This document shows positions 38,876 to 48,115 of a stretch of 64,000 nt of DNA, in pieces. A program made the translations under genes and the position numbers. The DNA is from Acidisarcina sp. (GTDB lineage: Bacteria > Acidobacteriota > Terriglobia > Terriglobales > Acidobacteriaceae), in NCBI GenBank assembly GCA_035539175.1, contig DATLIY010000007.1, forward strand, positions 1,245,759-1,309,758, written 5' to 3'. Numbering within the stretch: the first letter of the stretch is position 1; the number at the start of each line of letters is the position of its first letter. Below the pieces are notes generated by a model. The model was not told the origin of the DNA. It ran no database searches and saw only the letters and a program-made list of their open reading frames with translations.

Positions 38876-39558
38876 TTCCCCTCCGCCTCCGCTTGTAACC
38901 GATAGCCACGGCCGCGTAACGTCTCGATGTACGACCGGCCCTCTCCATCGTCCAGCTTTCTTCGCAGATTGGACACGTGGGCTTCAATCACGTTCGAGTG
39001 CCGCTCCCATGCGTAGTCGTAGAGGTGTTCCAATAGCTCCTGCTTTGACACCACGACCCGCGGCTTGTGAAACAGATACTCCAGAATGCGGTATTCCGCG
39101 GGAGACAGCTCCAGCAAGCCTCCGCCGCGCTTGACGGTCTGCTCCAGCGTATTCAACTCCAGATCCTGCATCCGCAGCACTGGAGCCGCCACACCTTTGC
39201 CGCGGCGCACAAGGGCCTTGACCCGCGCCAGCAGTTCACCCAGATCAAAGGGTTTCGGCAGGTAGTCGTCGGCGCCGAGGTTCAGCATCTCAATGATGCT
39301 CTCTTTGCCCTGACGCGCCGTCAGCACAAGCACCGGAGTTTTGTTCCCCCGCGTCCGCACCTTCTTCAGCAGAGATGGCCCGTCGATCTTCGGCAGCATC
39401 AGATCCAGAACAATCAAGTCATAATGGCCGTATCCCGCTAACTGCAGCCCGGCCTCGCCATCTTCCGCTACATCGACAGCGAATCCTGCCCCTTCGCGAA
39501 TCGCCGTCGCAACATTTTCCGCGAGCCGCTTTTCATCTTCGACTACAAGTACACGCAT
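38872..39558 (-). CDS. OmpR-family response regulator
   Basis: Receiver domain MRVLVVEDE...LIVLDLMLPKIDG...DDYLPKPF plus a winged-helix C-terminus (LSPAEYRILEYL...ETLRGRGYRL). Confidence 0.9.
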   Translation of the reverse strand: MRVLVVEDEKRLAENVATAIREGAGFAVDVAEDGEAGLQLAGYGHYDLIVLDLMLPKIDGPSLLKKVRTRGNKTPVLVLTARQGKESIIEMLNLGADDYLPKPFDLGELLARVKALVRRGKGVAAPVLRMQDLELNTLEQTVKRGGGLLELSPAEYRILEYLFHKPRVVVSKQELLEHLYDYAWERHSNVIEAHVSNLRRKLDDGEGRSYIETLRGRGYRLQAEAEGK

Positions 39559-39672
39559 CCCTGCGCCTCGTCTGAAACTTCAGTGCCTCTGCCGCAGTTG
39601 GAAGCGGCGGCAGCGATCCTGGCAGGAATCCTCGAAGCAATCCCAGGGGCGCAAGCTCCTGCCGCCCGAGGA

Positions 39673-41571
39673 TCAAAGCCTGCAGATAAGCAATTCTCGC
39701 TCATAAATCATCTCGGGCGGCAAGTGATCGTGTAGGGAGAGGAAGAGTTCTTCGTGGCCCATCACCTCTCGCTTCCACTGCTTGCGGTCCACCGTCTGGA
39801 GGACTTCGAAGGTTTCGCGGGGGAAGTCCAGGCCCTCCCAGTTCATGTCCTCAAAGTAGGGCGTCCACCCGATAGGAGTCTCTCTACTGAGGGCGCGACC
39901 GCGAACGCGATCGACGATCCACTTCAGAACACGCATGTTTTCGCTGTAGCCTGGCCAGAGGAATCTTCCCTCCTCGTCCTTGCGAAACCAGTTGACATGG
40001 AAGATGCGCGGCGTCGCCGACAGGTTTCGTTGCATGCGGAGCCAGTGCCGGAAGTAGTCGCCCATGTGGTAGCCACAGAATGGAAGCATCGCCATCGGGT
40101 CGCGGCGGACATGGCCCGTGGGACCACCGGCAGCAGCCGTCGTCTCCGAACCCATGGTGGCGCCGATGTATACGCCAGCAGACCAGTTGAAAGCCTGATA
40201 GACCAGCGGCATGGTGGTCGGTCGCCTCCCTCCGAAGATAAAAGCGGAGATAGGCACGCCTTCCGGCGCCTCCCATGCGGGATCGATGGTGGGACACTGT
40301 GATGCAGGCGCGGTAAATCGGCCGTTGGGGTGTGCGGCGGGAGCCCCGGTGGCCTTACCTATCTCCGGCGTCCATCGGTTGCCGCGCCAGTCAATCAGCT
40401 CCGGCGGTGGAGTATCGGTCATCCCCTCCCACCAGACACCACCTTCCGGAGTGAGAGCTACGTTGGTGAAGATGCTGTTGCGGGCCAGCGTAGCCATCGC
40501 AGTGGGGTTCGTCCGCGCTGAGGTGCCGGGCGCGACGCCAAAGAAGCCCGCCTCCGGATTAATAGCGCGAAGCTGACCGGTGGCATCGGGTTTAATCCAT
40601 GCAATATCGTCGCCGACCGTCCAGATCTTCCAGCCCTCGAAGCCCTTCGGCGGGATCATCATCGCGAAGTTGGTCTTGCCGCACGCGCTGGGGAAGGCCG
40701 CCGCAACGTAGGTCTTTTCGTGGGTCGGAGACTCTACGCCAAGGATCAGCATGTGCTCGGCCATCCAGCCCTCGTCACGGGCGATGTTGGAGGCGATGCG
40801 CAGAGCAAAGCATTTTTTGCCCAGCAATGCGTTGCCGCCATAGCCGGAGCCGTAGGACCAGATCTCGCGTGTCTCAGGAAAATGGACAATGTACTTTGTG
40901 CCGTTGCAGGGCCAGGGAACATCCTCTTCCCCCGGAGCAAGCGGCGCGCCGACGGTGTGCATGCAGGGGACTACGCGCTTCACATCCTTATCGATCTCTG
41001 CAAAGACAGGCGCGCCGATGCGGGCCATGATGCGCATGCTGACGACGACATATGCCGAATCCGTGAGCTGAACCCCGATCTGCGACATGGGCGAACCGAC
41101 CGGCCCCATGCTGAATGGCAGCACATACATGGTGCGGCCGCGCATGCTGCCTCGAAAGAGCTGCTTGAGCTTGCGCCGCATCTTGAACGGGTCTTCCCAA
41201 TTGTTGGTGGGCCCGGCATTGTCCTTGGAGAGCGAGCAGATGAAGGTGCGATCTTCCACGCGAGCCACGTCGTTGGGTGCGGAACGCGCATAAAAACAGC
41301 CCGGCCACAGTTCCTGGTTCAGCCTGGTAAAAGTGCCGGCCTTGATGAGCTGATCGCAGAGAAAATCGTATTCTGCCTTCGAGCCATCCACCCAGTGGAT
41401 ATGGTCTGGACGCGTAAGATCGGCCATTTTTTCCACCCAGCGGATCAGGTGTTTGTTGGTGCTGAGAGGCGGAGAGTCCAACGTGACCTTCTCCATTCGG
41501 CCGGTCGAAGCAAGCATATCGCTCTCGCTGTCTCCCTCGTCATAGGACCGCGGGCTAACTTGTCTCTGCAT
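39673..41571 (-). CDS. pckG: phosphoenolpyruvate carboxykinase (GTP)
   Basis: [15 protein letters not shown] kinase motif, [10 protein letters not shown] and GRPTTMPLV blocks, typical of GTP-PEPCK. The true start may be Met19 (41517) or Met26 (41496). Confidence 0.9.
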   Translation of the reverse strand: MQRQVSPRSYDEGDSESDMLASTGRMEKVTLDSPPLSTNKHLIRWVEKMADLTRPDHIHWVDGSKAEYDFLCDQLIKAGTFTRLNQELWPGCFYARSAPNDVARVEDRTFICSLSKDNAGPTNNWEDPFKMRRKLKQLFRGSMRGRTMYVLPFSMGPVGSPMSQIGVQLTDSAYVVVSMRIMARIGAPVFAEIDKDVKRVVPCMHTVGAPLAPGEEDVPWPCNGTKYIVHFPETREIWSYGSGYGGNALLGKKCFALRIASNIARDEGWMAEHMLILGVESPTHEKTYVAAAFPSACGKTNFAMMIPPKGFEGWKIWTVGDDIAWIKPDATGQLRAINPEAGFFGVAPGTSARTNPTAMATLARNSIFTNVALTPEGGVWWEGMTDTPPPELIDWRGNRWTPEIGKATGAPAAHPNGRFTAPASQCPTIDPAWEAPEGVPISAFIFGGRRPTTMPLVYQAFNWSAGVYIGATMGSETTAAAGGPTGHVRRDPMAMLPFCGYHMGDYFRHWLRMQRNLSATPRIFHVNWFRKDEEGRFLWPGYSENMRVLKWIVDRVRGRALSRETPIGWTPYFEDMNWEGLDFPRETFEVLQTVDRKQWKREVMGHEELFLSLHDHLPPEMIYERELLICRL

Positions 41572-41601
41572 ATCTTTGGCTCCCCCATCGATCTGCTCGA
41601 T

Positions 41602-42621
41602 CTACTTTACGGCGAAAACCAATACCTCGGCTCGCCGTGCCCCTTGAGCCGGGACAAACGTAACGTATTCGCCAAGTTCGGGAATGAGACGCCCGGTTGC
41701 GGCTCCAGGAGCGGTAGAAACTCGCCCCAGCGCCTCATAGTGGTCCGCGTCCTTTTCCAGATAGACGTCGATGGCGCCCTTCCCTGCTCCGCCCGATACA
41801 TAAATACGCTTTGTCGCCGGATCAAAAGAAATATCATCCGCGCCTCCGCCGATAGGAAGGGTCTGTAACTCCTTGCCGCTGTTCAGATCCATCACAACCA
41901 GCTGCCCCTCATGGCACGCCACAAACATACGATGCGTCGCTTCATCGAGCGCCATGACGGTATTTTTCTTAGCTGTCACCGGCCAGGTTGCCAGGCTCGT
42001 AAGCTTCACGCGATCAAAGACATCAATTTCATTCTTGTCGCGATTGTTGGCGAACAGCCGTGGTCCCCCTTTCTCCACCGCCATCCCCTCGGTCTCGATC
42101 CCGTCATGCCGGATATCGCCGATCTGGGCCTCGGTCGTCGTATCGAAAACGGTGATGTCGGAATAGGTATGCTTTGCCTTTTCGCCGCCGTTGACCACAA
42201 ACAGATGCTTGGTGGCAGGGTCGTACGCCACAGGATCAGCATCGACCAGAACCTTCAACGTCTTGAGAGGCTGGAACGTGTTGGAGTCGAAGATGTGTAC
42301 CGCGCCTTCTCCGTCCGACACATACAGCCTGCTTACATCTGGCCGATACACAACACCTCGTGGCTCCTCGATTCCCCGGACAGCACGGGTCATCTCGCCT
42401 TTGTTCAAATCGAAGACCACCAGGGTCTTGGCTTCCACTGCTGTCCCGAAGACCCGCTTCCCTGCAGCATCGACCGCGAAATGATCGAAGTGTCCATTGA
42501 TGGAAGCCGGAAGCTGATACCGGTGAATCAGGCTAAGCGGCGCCGCAGTCTTGGTTTGCGCATCCGCGGCCAGCGTCAGGCACAGTGCGGGGATAGAGAG
42601 AAATGTCAGCAGATTTCGCAT
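41602..42621 (-). CDS. secreted beta-propeller repeat protein (YncE/YVTN-like), paralogue P3
   Basis: Start at Met27, giving the signal peptide MRNLLTFLSIPALCLTLAADAQ. Colinear similarity to 24820..25857 (DAD..YDP, NGGE, IGDI, ATWP, LPIGG, PEL, LVF.V columns). The stop lies 30 nt upstream of the pckG ORF start. Confidence 0.7.
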   Translation of the reverse strand: MRNLLTFLSIPALCLTLAADAQTKTAAPLSLIHRYQLPASINGHFDHFAVDAAGKRVFGTAVEAKTLVVFDLNKGEMTRAVRGIEEPRGVVYRPDVSRLYVSDGEGAVHIFDSNTFQPLKTLKVLVDADPVAYDPATKHLFVVNGGEKAKHTYSDITVFDTTTEAQIGDIRHDGIETEGMAVEKGGPRLFANNRDKNEIDVFDRVKLTSLATWPVTAKKNTVMALDEATHRMFVACHEGQLVVMDLNSGKELQTLPIGGGADDISFDPATKRIYVSGGAGKGAIDVYLEKDADHYEALGRVSTAPGAATGRLIPELGEYVTFVPAQGARRAEVLVFAVK

Positions 42622-42747
42622 CCGATCCTTCCATGGGAGCGTTTCACGCTCCGGGGGGTATGGTGCCCATGACAGGCTGAAGATAAGCAACAGGCGCATC
42701 GCGGAAGCAACGCCGGAAAACCATCGAGCTCGCGCACATGCTACCAG

Positions 42748-44328
42748 TTAGGACTGCTCAATTTTCGTATCGCGTATACGGGGTATCTTCAATGGATTGC
42801 TGTCCTGGAGCGACTCCGGCAGAAGAGCCGAAGGCACGCCCTGATAGCAAACCGGCCTTAGAAATCTTTCAATAGCTCTGCCACCGACTGAAGTCGTCCG
42901 GCTATCCGACGTTGCAGGGAAAGGTCCGCCATGGACCATGGACCAGCAGACTTCGACTCCCGTGGGATATCCGTTAAAGATAATCCGCCCTGCCTTGCGC
43001 TCCAGCACAGGCATTAACTGGCGAGCCATCTCAAGGTCTTCCTCTTCCGTAAAGAGGGAGACCGTCAGTTGCCCTTCCAGCCACTCGGCGATGGCGCGCA
43101 TCTCTTCCGCCGTTGTGCACGAAATCACGATCGAGGAAGGGCCAAACACCTCGGCGGCCAGTTCAGGACGGGACAAGATATGCTTTGCCGCAACGGAGAA
43201 CAGCGCTGGCGACCCAAGACAATTTCCCTCGCCAGGTTCAACCTTCGCCAGCGTTTCCACGCTTTCCGCCGAGGCCAGGCGTTCCACCCCTCGCTGGTAC
43301 GCCGTATGAATTGCCGGCGACAGCATGGTGGCGGATGCGCGAGCAGCTACCTCCCTTTCCGCTGCGTGGCGGAACCGGTCGAAGCCGCTGCTCTCTATGC
43401 CGATAACAATCCCCGGATTCGTACAAAACTGTCCCACCCCCAGCGTCATGGAGTCGACAAACCCCTTGGCTATCGACTCGGCGTTCTTCTCCAGTGCCGA
43501 TGGGAACAGAAAGAGGGGATTGATGCTGCTCATCTCCGCGTAAACCGGGATGGGTTCCGGACGGCTTGCAGCCGTTTTCATCAGGCTAACGCCGCCCTGC
43601 CGCGAACCGGTGAAGCCCACCGCCTTGATCGCCGGATGGCTGACCAGCGCCTGGCCAATAACATTTCCCTTACCCAGCACAAGCGAAAAGACACCCTCAG
43701 GCAAACCGCATTCGGCGACCGCCTGCTGAATCACGCGTCCCACAAGTTCGGATGTGCCCAGATGCGAGGAATGGGATTTCACAATAACCGGGCATCCCGC
43801 CGCCAGTGCAGATGCAGTGTCCCCTCCTGCCACCGAGAAGGCTAAGGGGAAGTTGCTCGCCGCGAACACGGCCACTGGGCCGAGAGGGACCTTTCGCTGC
43901 CTCAGGTCAGGGCGCGGCTGAGGCTTGCGCTCCGGCAATTCCGAATCCAGGACCGCGCCAATCCACAGCCCCTTCTCGACGATAGAAGCAAACATCTCCA
44001 ACTGCCCGACCGTCCGGCCACGCTCTCCCTCGATGCGTCCCTTCGGGAGGCCTGTCTCCGCCTGCGCCCGCTCGATCAAGGTATCCCCAAGGTCCAGAAT
44101 TCCCTGGCCGATGCGGCGGAGAAAGCGTGCTCGATCAGCAAGACTCGTCTCACGAAACGAATCGAAGGCCTGTTTCGCCAGCGTACACGCACGGTCGATC
44201 TCCGCCTCGCTGCCCACGCCAAAGGCTGGTTCCAGCTCGGCAGCGGCGGCAGGATTGAACGCATGAATGGTTCCCTGCGTACCGACTACCTCCGACTTAC
44301 CAATCAGCATTGCTCCTTTGATTTTCAT
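42748..44328 (-). CDS. NAD(P)+ aldehyde dehydrogenase, 2,5-dioxovalerate (alpha-ketoglutarate semialdehyde) dehydrogenase-like
   Basis: 526-aa ALDH. The N-terminus MKIKGAMLIGKSEVVGTQGTIHAFNPAAAAELEPAF... and overall length fit the long KGSADH-type subfamily as I remember it. Catalytic-region blocks FTGS, GQFCTNPG. Confidence 0.75.
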   Translation of the reverse strand: MKIKGAMLIGKSEVVGTQGTIHAFNPAAAAELEPAFGVGSEAEIDRACTLAKQAFDSFRETSLADRARFLRRIGQGILDLGDTLIERAQAETGLPKGRIEGERGRTVGQLEMFASIVEKGLWIGAVLDSELPERKPQPRPDLRQRKVPLGPVAVFAASNFPLAFSVAGGDTASALAAGCPVIVKSHSSHLGTSELVGRVIQQAVAECGLPEGVFSLVLGKGNVIGQALVSHPAIKAVGFTGSRQGGVSLMKTAASRPEPIPVYAEMSSINPLFLFPSALEKNAESIAKGFVDSMTLGVGQFCTNPGIVIGIESSGFDRFRHAAEREVAARASATMLSPAIHTAYQRGVERLASAESVETLAKVEPGEGNCLGSPALFSVAAKHILSRPELAAEVFGPSSIVISCTTAEEMRAIAEWLEGQLTVSLFTEEEDLEMARQLMPVLERKAGRIIFNGYPTGVEVCWSMVHGGPFPATSDSRTTSVGGRAIERFLRPVCYQGVPSALLPESLQDSNPLKIPRIRDTKIEQS

Positions 44329-44517
44329 CCCTTATGTCCTCATCCAATTGCGGCGCAAATAAACTCAAAATTTCGAAGGGCTCGGCCCTTCCGAAAGGGG
44401 CCTTCGGGCCGAGGAAGCTCGTGCGTTTTCACGGTCGATGGAAGCCTTGATGGAGCGCGCCCGGTTCCTGGCAACCGTGGCGCACTCAGGCCGGCTGTCT
44501 CCCGCAAAATCCGCTGG

Positions 44518-45246
44518 TCACCATGCAGGCACGTTCTCACGACGCCAGGCAGCATAAGCCTCCTTCGTCGCGCTATCGGGAGGATATGTCCCGCGCAGCG
44601 GAGCGCCCGCCTCGATGCGTTCAAAGATGTATGCTTCCATCCGCTCCTGTTCCGCGGCATCGAGGGCAACTTCCTCCGCCAGATGCTGTGGGATAACAAC
44701 GATCCCATCGATATCCCCGACAATGATGTCCCCGGGAAACACAGCCACGCCTCCGCAGCCGATCGGCAGGTTCAGGTCCACGGAGTGATGCTTGATGAGA
44801 TTCGTCGGCGCGCTTGCACCTGCACAGAAGACAGGCAGGCCACAGGCCGCGATCACTCCACTGTCGCGCACGGGGCCATCGGACACCATTCCCGCAGCTC
44901 CGCGCACCTTTAGCCGGGTCGTCAGAATCGCACCACACGATGCGGCGGTCTTGTCTCCGCGGCAGTCCTGCACGAGAACATGGCCGGGCGGAACGGTCTC
45001 GACGCCCTTCCGCTGCGCGTTTTCGGGGTCGAGAAATATATCCAGAACATCGATGTCCTCACGAGCTGGAATATTCCGCAGAGTGAAGGCGGGTCCTACC
45101 ATATTGCCGTCCTCAAGCTTGCCGAGAGGTGCAACACCCTGCATGAACACATTGCGAAAACCGCGTCGGAAGAGTTGGGTTGTTAAGGTCGCCGTGCTCA
45201 CGTGCTTAAGTAGGTTGCGCGCCTGATCACTGAGTTGGTTCACCAT
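44518..45246 (-). CDS. RraA / HMG-CHA aldolase-family protein
   Basis: CGAILTTRLKVRGAAGMVSDGPVRD and GDIIVGDIDGIVVIP blocks are characteristic of the RraA-like (class II aldolase / oxaloacetate decarboxylase) fold, with an approximately 60-aa C-terminal extension. Confidence 0.75.
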   Translation of the reverse strand: MVNQLSDQARNLLKHVSTATLTTQLFRRGFRNVFMQGVAPLGKLEDGNMVGPAFTLRNIPAREDIDVLDIFLDPENAQRKGVETVPPGHVLVQDCRGDKTAASCGAILTTRLKVRGAAGMVSDGPVRDSGVIAACGLPVFCAGASAPTNLIKHHSVDLNLPIGCGGVAVFPGDIIVGDIDGIVVIPQHLAEEVALDAAEQERMEAYIFERIEAGAPLRGTYPPDSATKEAYAAWRRENVPAW

Positions 45247-45275
45247 GTGCTCCTTGGGTAGACAGCAGTCAAGTT

Positions 45276-47030
45276 CTAATGAATTTCAGGGTCGACCATA
45301 CCTGTGTTGTGCGCCCTCACAGGCTCCTCTAAAAAGTCGAAGTCACAACCCTTGTCAGCCTGCGTGACATGAAGCTGATTGAGCACTCCATAGCCACGGT
45401 CAAATCTCGGTTTCGGCTCAACCCACGCAGCCTTACGCCGCGCCATTTCTTCGTCGGAGATAAGTAGGTTCAGTTTGCGCGCTGGAATATCCAACTCGAT
45501 CTGATCGCCATCCTGCACCAGGGCCAGCGGACCGCCTACGAACGACTCCGGACTCACATGCAACACGCAGGCTCCATAACTGGTCCCGCTCATTCGCGCA
45601 TCGGAGATGCGGACCATATCCCGGACGCCTGCCTTCAACAACTTTTCAGGAATGGGGAGCTGTCCCCACTCAGGCATTCCCGGAGCCCCTATCGGCCCTG
45701 CATTCTGGAGAACGATTACTGAATCGGCAGTCACGTTCAACGCCGGGTCATCAATGCGTTTCGCCATATCGTTGTAGTCGTGGAATACCACCGCGGGTCC
45801 AGTGTGCCGCTGCAGGCGAGCCTCCATGGCCGGGGGCTTGATCACTGCCCCTCCCGGCGCGAGATTGCCATGCAGCACCGCCAGACCATCGCTCTTCACC
45901 AGCGGATTCGTACGACGTCGAATGACGATGTCGTTATAGATCTTTGCTCCCTGGACGTTTTCTCCGATGGTCGAGCCATTCACCGTCATCTGCTCGCCGT
46001 CGATCAATTCGCCCAACTCTGCAAGCATGGCGCGCAGGCCACCGGCGTAAAAGAAATCCTCCATCAGGAACTCACCGGCTGGCCGGATGTTTGCCAGCAC
46101 CGGCGTAATGCGCGCAAGCTCGTCAAACCTGTCCAGGGTCAGATTGATTCCGGCGCGGCGCGCCAAGGCAATCAAGTGCACCATCGCGTTCGTTGAGCCA
46201 GCCAGAGCCAGCACGGTAGTAATGGCGTTGTCAAAAGACCCAGCCGTAAGAAAGTCGGACGGCTTCATGTCTTCCCAGACCATCTCCACGATCCGCCTGC
46301 CAGTAAGGGACGCATGCTGGGCGTGGCGCGAATCCGCTGCCGGAATAGAGGAAAATCCAGGCAGAGTCATGCCGAGCGCTTCCGCTGCACTCGTCATCGT
46401 CGATGCGGTACCCATCGTCATGCAGTGGCCTGGGGAGCGGGCGATGCCCGTCTCGATCCCCTTCCACTCGGCTTCGGTAATTTTGCCTGCCTTCAGCTCC
46501 GCTGCGTACTTCCATGTATCCGTGCCGCTGCCCAGCACCACGCCTTGCCAGTTCCCACGAAGCATTGGTCCGGCCGGCATATAGATTGTCGGGAGATCCA
46601 TGCTGAACGCACCCATTAATAATCCGGGAGTCGTCTTATCGCAGCCGCCCATCAGCACGGAACCATCGAAGGGATAGGAGCGCAGAAGCTCCTCAACCTC
46701 CATCGCAAGGAAGTTCCGATACAGCATGGTCGTCGGCTTCTGGAAGGGCTCCGACAAAGTCATCGCAGGCATTTCGACGGGGAAACCGCCCGCCTGCCAG
46801 ATCCCGCGCTTCACCTCTTCCACTCTGTCCTTGAAGTGAGTGTGGCAGGGATTGATGTCGCTCCACGTATTCACGATGGCAATTACCGGCTTGCCCGCAT
46901 AATCCGCGGATGTATAACCCATCTGCGCAGTGCGCGACCTGTGCCCGAAGGAGCGGAGATCGTTGACTCCGTACCAGCGATGGCTTCGCAGTTGTTCAGG
47001 AGATTTACGTTTCTTTGAAAGCTCTTTCAT
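45276..47030 (-). CDS. IlvD/Edd-family sugar-acid (aldonate) dehydratase
   Basis: 584 aa. RSHRWYG..., [28 protein letters not shown] and [11 protein letters not shown] blocks. The size and N-terminus fit the arabinonate/xylonate dehydratase branch rather than the branched-chain IlvD. Confidence 0.85.
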   Translation of the reverse strand: MKELSKKRKSPEQLRSHRWYGVNDLRSFGHRSRTAQMGYTSADYAGKPVIAIVNTWSDINPCHTHFKDRVEEVKRGIWQAGGFPVEMPAMTLSEPFQKPTTMLYRNFLAMEVEELLRSYPFDGSVLMGGCDKTTPGLLMGAFSMDLPTIYMPAGPMLRGNWQGVVLGSGTDTWKYAAELKAGKITEAEWKGIETGIARSPGHCMTMGTASTMTSAAEALGMTLPGFSSIPAADSRHAQHASLTGRRIVEMVWEDMKPSDFLTAGSFDNAITTVLALAGSTNAMVHLIALARRAGINLTLDRFDELARITPVLANIRPAGEFLMEDFFYAGGLRAMLAELGELIDGEQMTVNGSTIGENVQGAKIYNDIVIRRRTNPLVKSDGLAVLHGNLAPGGAVIKPPAMEARLQRHTGPAVVFHDYNDMAKRIDDPALNVTADSVIVLQNAGPIGAPGMPEWGQLPIPEKLLKAGVRDMVRISDARMSGTSYGACVLHVSPESFVGGPLALVQDGDQIELDIPARKLNLLISDEEMARRKAAWVEPKPRFDRGYGVLNQLHVTQADKGCDFDFLEEPVRAHNTGMVDPEIH

Positions 47031-47082
47031 TGGCAGATATCCCCGGGATCATCCTTTGGCTGCTGTTTCGTGGTCCCAACCG

Positions 47083-47823
47083 TCAGGACGGTTCCGTGCT
47101 GTCGTCGAGAGCTCGATTGCGGGCGTTGGAAATGTGTGCACGCATCGCCGTACGGGCCTTTTCCGGGTCAGGATCACGAATCGCTTCCAGAATGCGGGAG
47201 TGCTCTTCCTGAACCAGGGCCAGTCTGCTTCTGTTGCGGGCAAGCGAGAGATGGCGCGTCAGGTTGACGCCGTTGAAGACGTGAAGCGCGAGAGCTTCCA
47301 GCGTCTGAATGAAGAGCTGATTGCGGCTCGCAGCGGCAATGGCGGCATGAAATTGGATATCCTCTTCCACGCCCAGCTCCCCCGCCGCATTGACCTGATT
47401 CAATCGCTCAAAGGCATCCTCAATCAACTTCAGATCTTCATCGCTTCTGCGCTGAGCAGCCAGCGATGCCGCCTCGCCCTCCAGCGCCACGCGGAATTCA
47501 AAGCAGCGCATCAGATCGGCAATGCCTCCAATGGGAGACAATCGCAGGAACTCGCGGCCCGGCTGGCGCTGTACATAGGTTCCCGCACCGCGGCGGCTTA
47601 CCGTAACTCCGTCTGCGTGGAGACGCGCCAAAGCCTCTCGTACCACTGCCCGCGAAACCCCGTACTCCGTACCCAACTGGCTCTCCGATGGCAGACGGTC
47701 GCCAACGTGAAAATCCCCTCGAACGATCTGCTCGATAACCCGCTCATAGATTCGATCTGCCAATCGTCCGGATGCCTCCTCGGTGGAAGTGGACTCTCTA
47801 AGAGAGGTCGAGTTCGTAATCAT
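47083..47823 (-). CDS. GntR/FadR-family transcriptional regulator
   Basis: wHTH LPSESQLGTEYGVSRAVVREALARL followed by an all-helical FCD-type effector domain. First gene of the dehydratase operon. Confidence 0.85.
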   Translation of the reverse strand: MITNSTSLRESTSTEEASGRLADRIYERVIEQIVRGDFHVGDRLPSESQLGTEYGVSRAVVREALARLHADGVTVSRRGAGTYVQRQPGREFLRLSPIGGIADLMRCFEFRVALEGEAASLAAQRRSDEDLKLIEDAFERLNQVNAAGELGVEEDIQFHAAIAAASRNQLFIQTLEALALHVFNGVNLTRHLSLARNRSRLALVQEEHSRILEAIRDPDPEKARTAMRAHISNARNRALDDSTEPS

Positions 47824-47931
47824 TTGCTGCCTCCTGGCGCCTCGGTCGGCTGATGGATCCGCAGATGCGTGGCATTCATCGAGCGAGTTGGAAAACGAAT
47901 GAGCCGCGTTTCCATCTTTGTCGTTAGCAAA

Positions 47932-47960
47932 AAATTTGTCAATACATGTCAGACAAATTT
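47932..47960. promoter_or_regulatory. inverted repeat AAATTTGTC-N11-GACAAATTT containing TGTCAGACA; candidate GntR-family operator
   Basis: Lies about 110 nt upstream of the GntR gene start (47823). The outer arms are perfect 9-nt inverted repeats. The inner ACATGTCAGACAAA recurs upstream of the TonB receptor gene. Confidence 0.45.
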
Positions 47961-48059
47961 ACGGCTCTAACCACGCACGAGCAGGCGGCAACCGTTGCAT
48001 CACTCAACATGATTGGCCAGACAACCTGTCCGTCCAGCATTTGTCCATGGCGTAGCGAG

Positions 48060-48100
48060 TGTCGCGGCTAGCCGAGCCAGTGTTTCGGCTAGCCGCGACA
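48060..48100 (-). terminator. 16-bp perfect hairpin immediately downstream of the TonB receptor gene
   Basis: tGTCGCGGCTAGCCGA-gccagtgtt-TCGGCTAGCCGCGACa, 16 nt beyond the stop at 48116. No clear U-tract, so it could be a terminator or a stabilising hairpin. Confidence 0.5.
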
Positions 48101-48115
48101 ACTGTCTTCCGTGAC

